From a virus (lineage: Duplodnaviria > Caudoviricetes): 45,411 nt of DNA. Position numbers and translations under genes: made by a program. Location of the stretch: positions 1 through 45,411 of the IMG/VR virus record IMGVR_UViG_3300033489_000017. One strand, given 5' to 3'. Shown piece after piece: positions 42,322-45,411 of the stretch (positions within the stretch are counted from its first letter, which is position 1; each line of letters begins with the position of its first letter). The notes under the pieces are model-generated. The model saw nothing but the letters and a program-made list of their open reading frames with translations, ran no database searches and had not been told where the DNA came from.

Positions 42322-43536
42322 ATGAGTAATCATAATCCCGATCCGCGAAAAACGCAAGACCCCCGAACCGATCCCCTGACGCCAGGTGATCGTGCTACAG
42401 TTGAGGCCATACGCCTAACTAACAATCTGCGTCGTGGCTATGATGTTGATGAACTTCTTCGTGTCCTTGATGATTTGTGTCACCGCTATCAACTCCGCCT
42501 CGCTCCGCTCGCTCCCGCTCCGAGCGCCGACGCGCCTGCCGAAGTGCCGTGCGACGTGTGCGGCGGTAGCGGTGAACTCGAATGTCGCTTATGCGATCAC
42601 GGCAAGGAAATCAATAGTTGGGGCAACGTCGTAGATTGTTCCGACTGCGACGGCAAAGGCAAGCGCAAATGTCAGCACTGCAAGGGCACCGGCAAGCTCG
42701 AAACTCCCGACGAATCGACGGCGCCAGAGGATGCAACAACTTTCACTGGTTGTCTGACGTGCAAAAGAATAAGTCCGGCCCGCTTCGTTGACGGTCAATG
42801 GGTGTGCCAAATCTGCGGAACGATTATCGGGGCACGCCCGCCGCTCGCCGCCACGCCCGCCCCGCCCGCGACCATCGATACGAGCAAGCCTGACGAGTGG
42901 TTCTATTTTGACGAAATCGGCGACAACGCGCCCGCTCCGAGCGCCGACGCGCCCGCCGAACCGACGGCGCAAGCGCCCACGACGCAGATAGCCTATCCAG
43001 CCGCCGAAATGAAAGAATGGCATCTTTCACGTGTCCGAGAAGCGATTGAACGTGCTGCTTTTAACGTAGTCTATCCCAGTGACATCGTAGCCGATCTGTT
43101 GATCTCAAATGAATTGGCGATTGATCTCCTGGACACTTTGCTTGTTCGTGGCGAACTCGAAAAACACTATCTAAACGGGGGCGCTTTGGTAGGTTATCGA
43201 AAGAGCAACGCGCCCGCGACGCCGCCCGCTAATTCTGGAGGTAACGTGTTACCTCCTGCACCCGCGACGCCGCCCGCGCCGGAAGCGGCGAAGACGGCGA
43301 AGTTGACGAAGGCGCAGATTCGACTACTGAGGCGGATTGCAAATGGCGAGAGGATTTATAAGAATCCTTTCGACTACAGTCATCGAGGCACCGACTACAA
43401 AGTTGTTTCGTCAATTATGATCGGGAATCTGCTGCGAGACAAAATCATCGGCCACAAATACGATCCAATTAAAGGTAGAGAATTCCTTAAGTTGACTGAC
43501 GCAGGCCGCGCCGCCCTGAAGGCGGTGAAGTCATGA
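42322..43536 (+). CDS. Multi-domain protein with DnaJ-type CxxCxGxG zinc fingers and Pro/Ala linkers
   Basis: CDVCGGSG, CSDCDGKG, CQHCKGTG; second Zn ribbon; wHTH-like C-terminal segments; AAGGAG RBS. Confidence 0.7.
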   Translation: MSNHNPDPRKTQDPRTDPLTPGDRATVEAIRLTNNLRRGYDVDELLRVLDDLCHRYQLRLAPLAPAPSADAPAEVPCDVCGGSGELECRLCDHGKEINSWGNVVDCSDCDGKGKRKCQHCKGTGKLETPDESTAPEDATTFTGCLTCKRISPARFVDGQWVCQICGTIIGARPPLAATPAPPATIDTSKPDEWFYFDEIGDNAPAPSADAPAEPTAQAPTTQIAYPAAEMKEWHLSRVREAIERAAFNVVYPSDIVADLLISNELAIDLLDTLLVRGELEKHYLNGGALVGYRKSNAPATPPANSGGNVLPPAPATPPAPEAAKTAKLTKAQIRLLRRIANGERIYKNPFDYSHRGTDYKVVSSIMIGNLLRDKIIGHKYDPIKGREFLKLTDAGRAALKAVKS

Positions 43537-43745
43537 TCGCCCTCACGCTCCCCACGCTCCGCCGCATACTCAACGTGATCATCGCCGCGAACGCCCGCGC
43601 CGACAAGGCCGAGCGCGAGCGCGACGACCTGCGCGCCGCCTACGAGGCGCTGAAACGTGAAAATATCAGTCAGGCGACGAACCTGGACACGTGGAACGTA
43701 ATCTACGCGGGCGATAAGCTCGCGGAGCAGGCGGAGGGGAGATAG
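43533..43745 (+). CDS. Hypothetical coiled-coil protein
   Basis: ATGA overlap. Confidence 0.55.
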   Translation: MIALTLPTLRRILNVIIAANARADKAERERDDLRAAYEALKRENISQATNLDTWNVIYAGDKLAEQAEGR

Positions 43746-43747
43746 CC

Positions 43748-45411
43748 ATGACCATCACCGACACGCTGCCCGCACAGCGCACGAACCTCGCCACGCAGCA
43801 GCCGCTCACGTCCGACGCGCCCGCCCCTGGAGACGGAACCACAGGGCGCAATAACGGTCGTCAGGTCTCCAGGGACGCCGCCGCGAACCCGTACAAGTCG
43901 CCGGAAGTCAAGGCGGCGCTCGCCAACGGCACGACCATCCACAGTAAGCCGGAACCGCTGACGACGGCGCTGGCAATCGTCGAGCCGAATATCGCGCCGG
44001 ATCGGCCCGGCTATCTGAAAGCCGCCGATGGCTACGTTGAGCCGCACGCGCTGCCTGAGCAGACCGACCACGTAATCGCCGTGCACTACACTGTCAACGG
44101 CGTCGGCACGGTGCTCTACGTCGCCGTGATGCAGCACGAGCCAACAAACAAGACGGCGAACTTCTTACCGACGGATGAAGTTCTGCTGGCGGCGCTGGGC
44201 ACGTCGCTCGGCACGCAGGAACAGCGGCGCGTAGACTGGCTGTTGACGTGGAAGCGCGTCAAGGGCCGCGCCATTGCCGTCAAGGTTATACCCCAGGAGA
44301 ATCCTATGGCTAAGAAAACTACCAATGCCGATGATTACGCCGTTCCATCCGGGGAGAACCCGATGGAAGCGCAGATCGCCGCCAATGCCGCCGAAGTCGC
44401 CCGCGCCAATGCAGCGGCGGACGCAAAAGCGGCGGAGCCTCACAAGCCGAGCGAGTGGGATGAACACAACGCAGCACTGAACGAGCAAGCGGCGGCGGAA
44501 GAAAACCCAGACTGCGCGCCCTGGATCAATGATGACAAACAGCGCGGTAAGTTTTTTGCCGAATGGACTTCACTATATGGCGAGCGTGTCGCTAAGTGCA
44601 ACGCCCCGGCGAATGGGATGGACGCATACCGCAAGAAGTGGCTTTACGTTCGCACCCAAGAAACCACGCTGAAAAAATGGAAGTTCGGGGCTGATGTTCT
44701 GCTTGAAAGTCTGCGGAAAGCGCTGGACATCGACTACCCATTACCCGCGCCCGAAACGACGGTTGCAACCACCAACGGCGCAGCGAAAGACGTAACGCCA
44801 GCGGCGGCGGCGACGGAGCGGCAAGCGGGCGATATTTCACGCGTGGAACCTGATACACCTTCAAAGGATGACAAACAAGTGCAAACCGAACCGACAACCG
44901 TAGATAAAACTACTATGCTCATTCCATTCAGCAGCAAGTTCCATATGCTCAATCAGAAGGGCGTGTCCGTTGAATTTACCATCTCGGCGCTGGCGGCCAG
45001 TGACATCGTGACACGTACTGAAACCATGATCGACGCCCTGCTGGCAAAGGGCTGGACAACAACCCGGACTGACAGTATCCAGGCTATGCCAGTTGACGTA
45101 CCGGCCCTAGCCACGACGCCGGTCACGACGGGCGCCGACAGCGGCACGTCAGAATGTTTCATGATCGCCGTAGGCAAAAGCTTCAAGGGCGACAAAGATC
45201 AGATCGTGTTCACTCTCAACGGCGTTGACGACGCCAAGTATTCCTCCAAAGAACAGAGCGCGCTTATCAAAATCGTGTCCGGGTTGCGCAAGCCAGACGG
45301 CTCAGCGATTGCGGCGGGCGATCTCGTGAACGGCGTGAAGCTGCCGGTTCGCGGGCTGGTCGATTGGAAGAAATCGGACGACGGCAAGTGGATCAACGTG
45401 CTCGGCACACG
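43748..45411 (+). CDS. 557-aa protein spanning the contig junction (stop at 135-137); possible ssDNA-binding/OB-fold domains
   Basis: GGAGG RBS, ATG 43748; manual translation shows no stop to the contig end, continuing ...NVLGTRAA* at the contig start; absent from ORF track. Confidence 0.8.
   Translation, partial: MTITDTLPAQRTNLATQQPLTSDAPAPGDGTTGRNNGRQVSRDAAANPYKSPEVKAALANGTTIHSKPEPLTTALAIVEPNIAPDRPGYLKAADGYVEPHALPEQTDHVIAVHYTVNGVGTVLYVAVMQHEPTNKTANFLPTDEVLLAALGTSLGTQEQRRVDWLLTWKRVKGRAIAVKVIPQENPMAKKTTNADDYAVPSGENPMEAQIAANAAEVARANAAADAKAAEPHKPSEWDEHNAALNEQAAAEENPDCAPWINDDKQRGKFFAEWTSLYGERVAKCNAPANGMDAYRKKWLYVRTQETTLKKWKFGADVLLESLRKALDIDYPLPAPETTVATTNGAAKDVTPAAAATERQAGDISRVEPDTPSKDDKQVQTEPTTVDKTTMLIPFSSKFHMLNQKGVSVEFTISALAASDIVTRTETMIDALLAKGWTTTRTDSIQAMPVDVPALATTPVTTGADSGTSECFMIAVGKSFKGDKDQIVFTLNGVDDAKYSSKEQSALIKIVSGLRKPDGSAIAAGDLVNGVKLPVRGLVDWKKSDDGKWINVLGT
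45285..45411 (+). repeat. 127-nt terminal direct repeat, copy 2
   Basis: Identical to 1-127. Confidence 0.93.

Larger units (their letters stand above)
1..45284. mobile_element. Complete circular genome of a long-tailed dsDNA phage with a temperate-type immunity region
   Basis: Terminase, portal, capsid, tail tube, tape measure, lysis, replication and cI/cro-like genes in canonical order; exact terminal overlap; no host housekeeping genes. Confidence 0.95.

Noticed and set aside
1-45411. tRNA/rRNA genes and alternative genetic code
   Set aside because: No cloverleaf recognised by eye (tRNAscan not run); core genes are intact in the standard code and all three stop codons are used

Overview
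The window is a complete, circularly assembled ~45.3 kb tailed (siphovirus-type) phage genome. The first 127 nt repeat exactly at 45285-45411, and an ORF starting at 43748 reads across that junction. Layout: early/replication genes (DNA methyltransferase, HTH initiator with internal iterons, DnaB helicase, LexA-like DNA-binding protein; 1-8.2 kb); a pre-terminase block of membrane, LamG and beta-helix genes (8.4-11.0 kb); a ~1 kb patterned, probably non-coding region; packaging, head and tail genes (12.0-31.1 kb); lysis genes (31.7-34.3 kb); a leftward accessory/ribbon-helix-helix block; a cI/cro-like switch (38.3-39.1 kb); and a rightward early region. The host cannot be determined here (high-GC bacterium; Chloroflexota is only a guess from gene content). 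Most notable: (1) there is a lysogeny switch but no recognisable integrase or ParA, while a dif-like 11-6-11 site, an ACGG repeat tract and an array of degenerate ~118-bp A-tract-rich units lie directly upstream of terS; (2) a C4/CI-like antisense leader precedes the replication initiator; (3) the endolysin appears joined to a glycoside-hydrolase-like domain by a -1 frameshift; (4) tandem capsid-decoration paralogs, a secreted JAB-like moron and an inverted HNH cassette with a three-way-junction leader. All product calls are by-eye motif and synteny judgements; no database searches were run.
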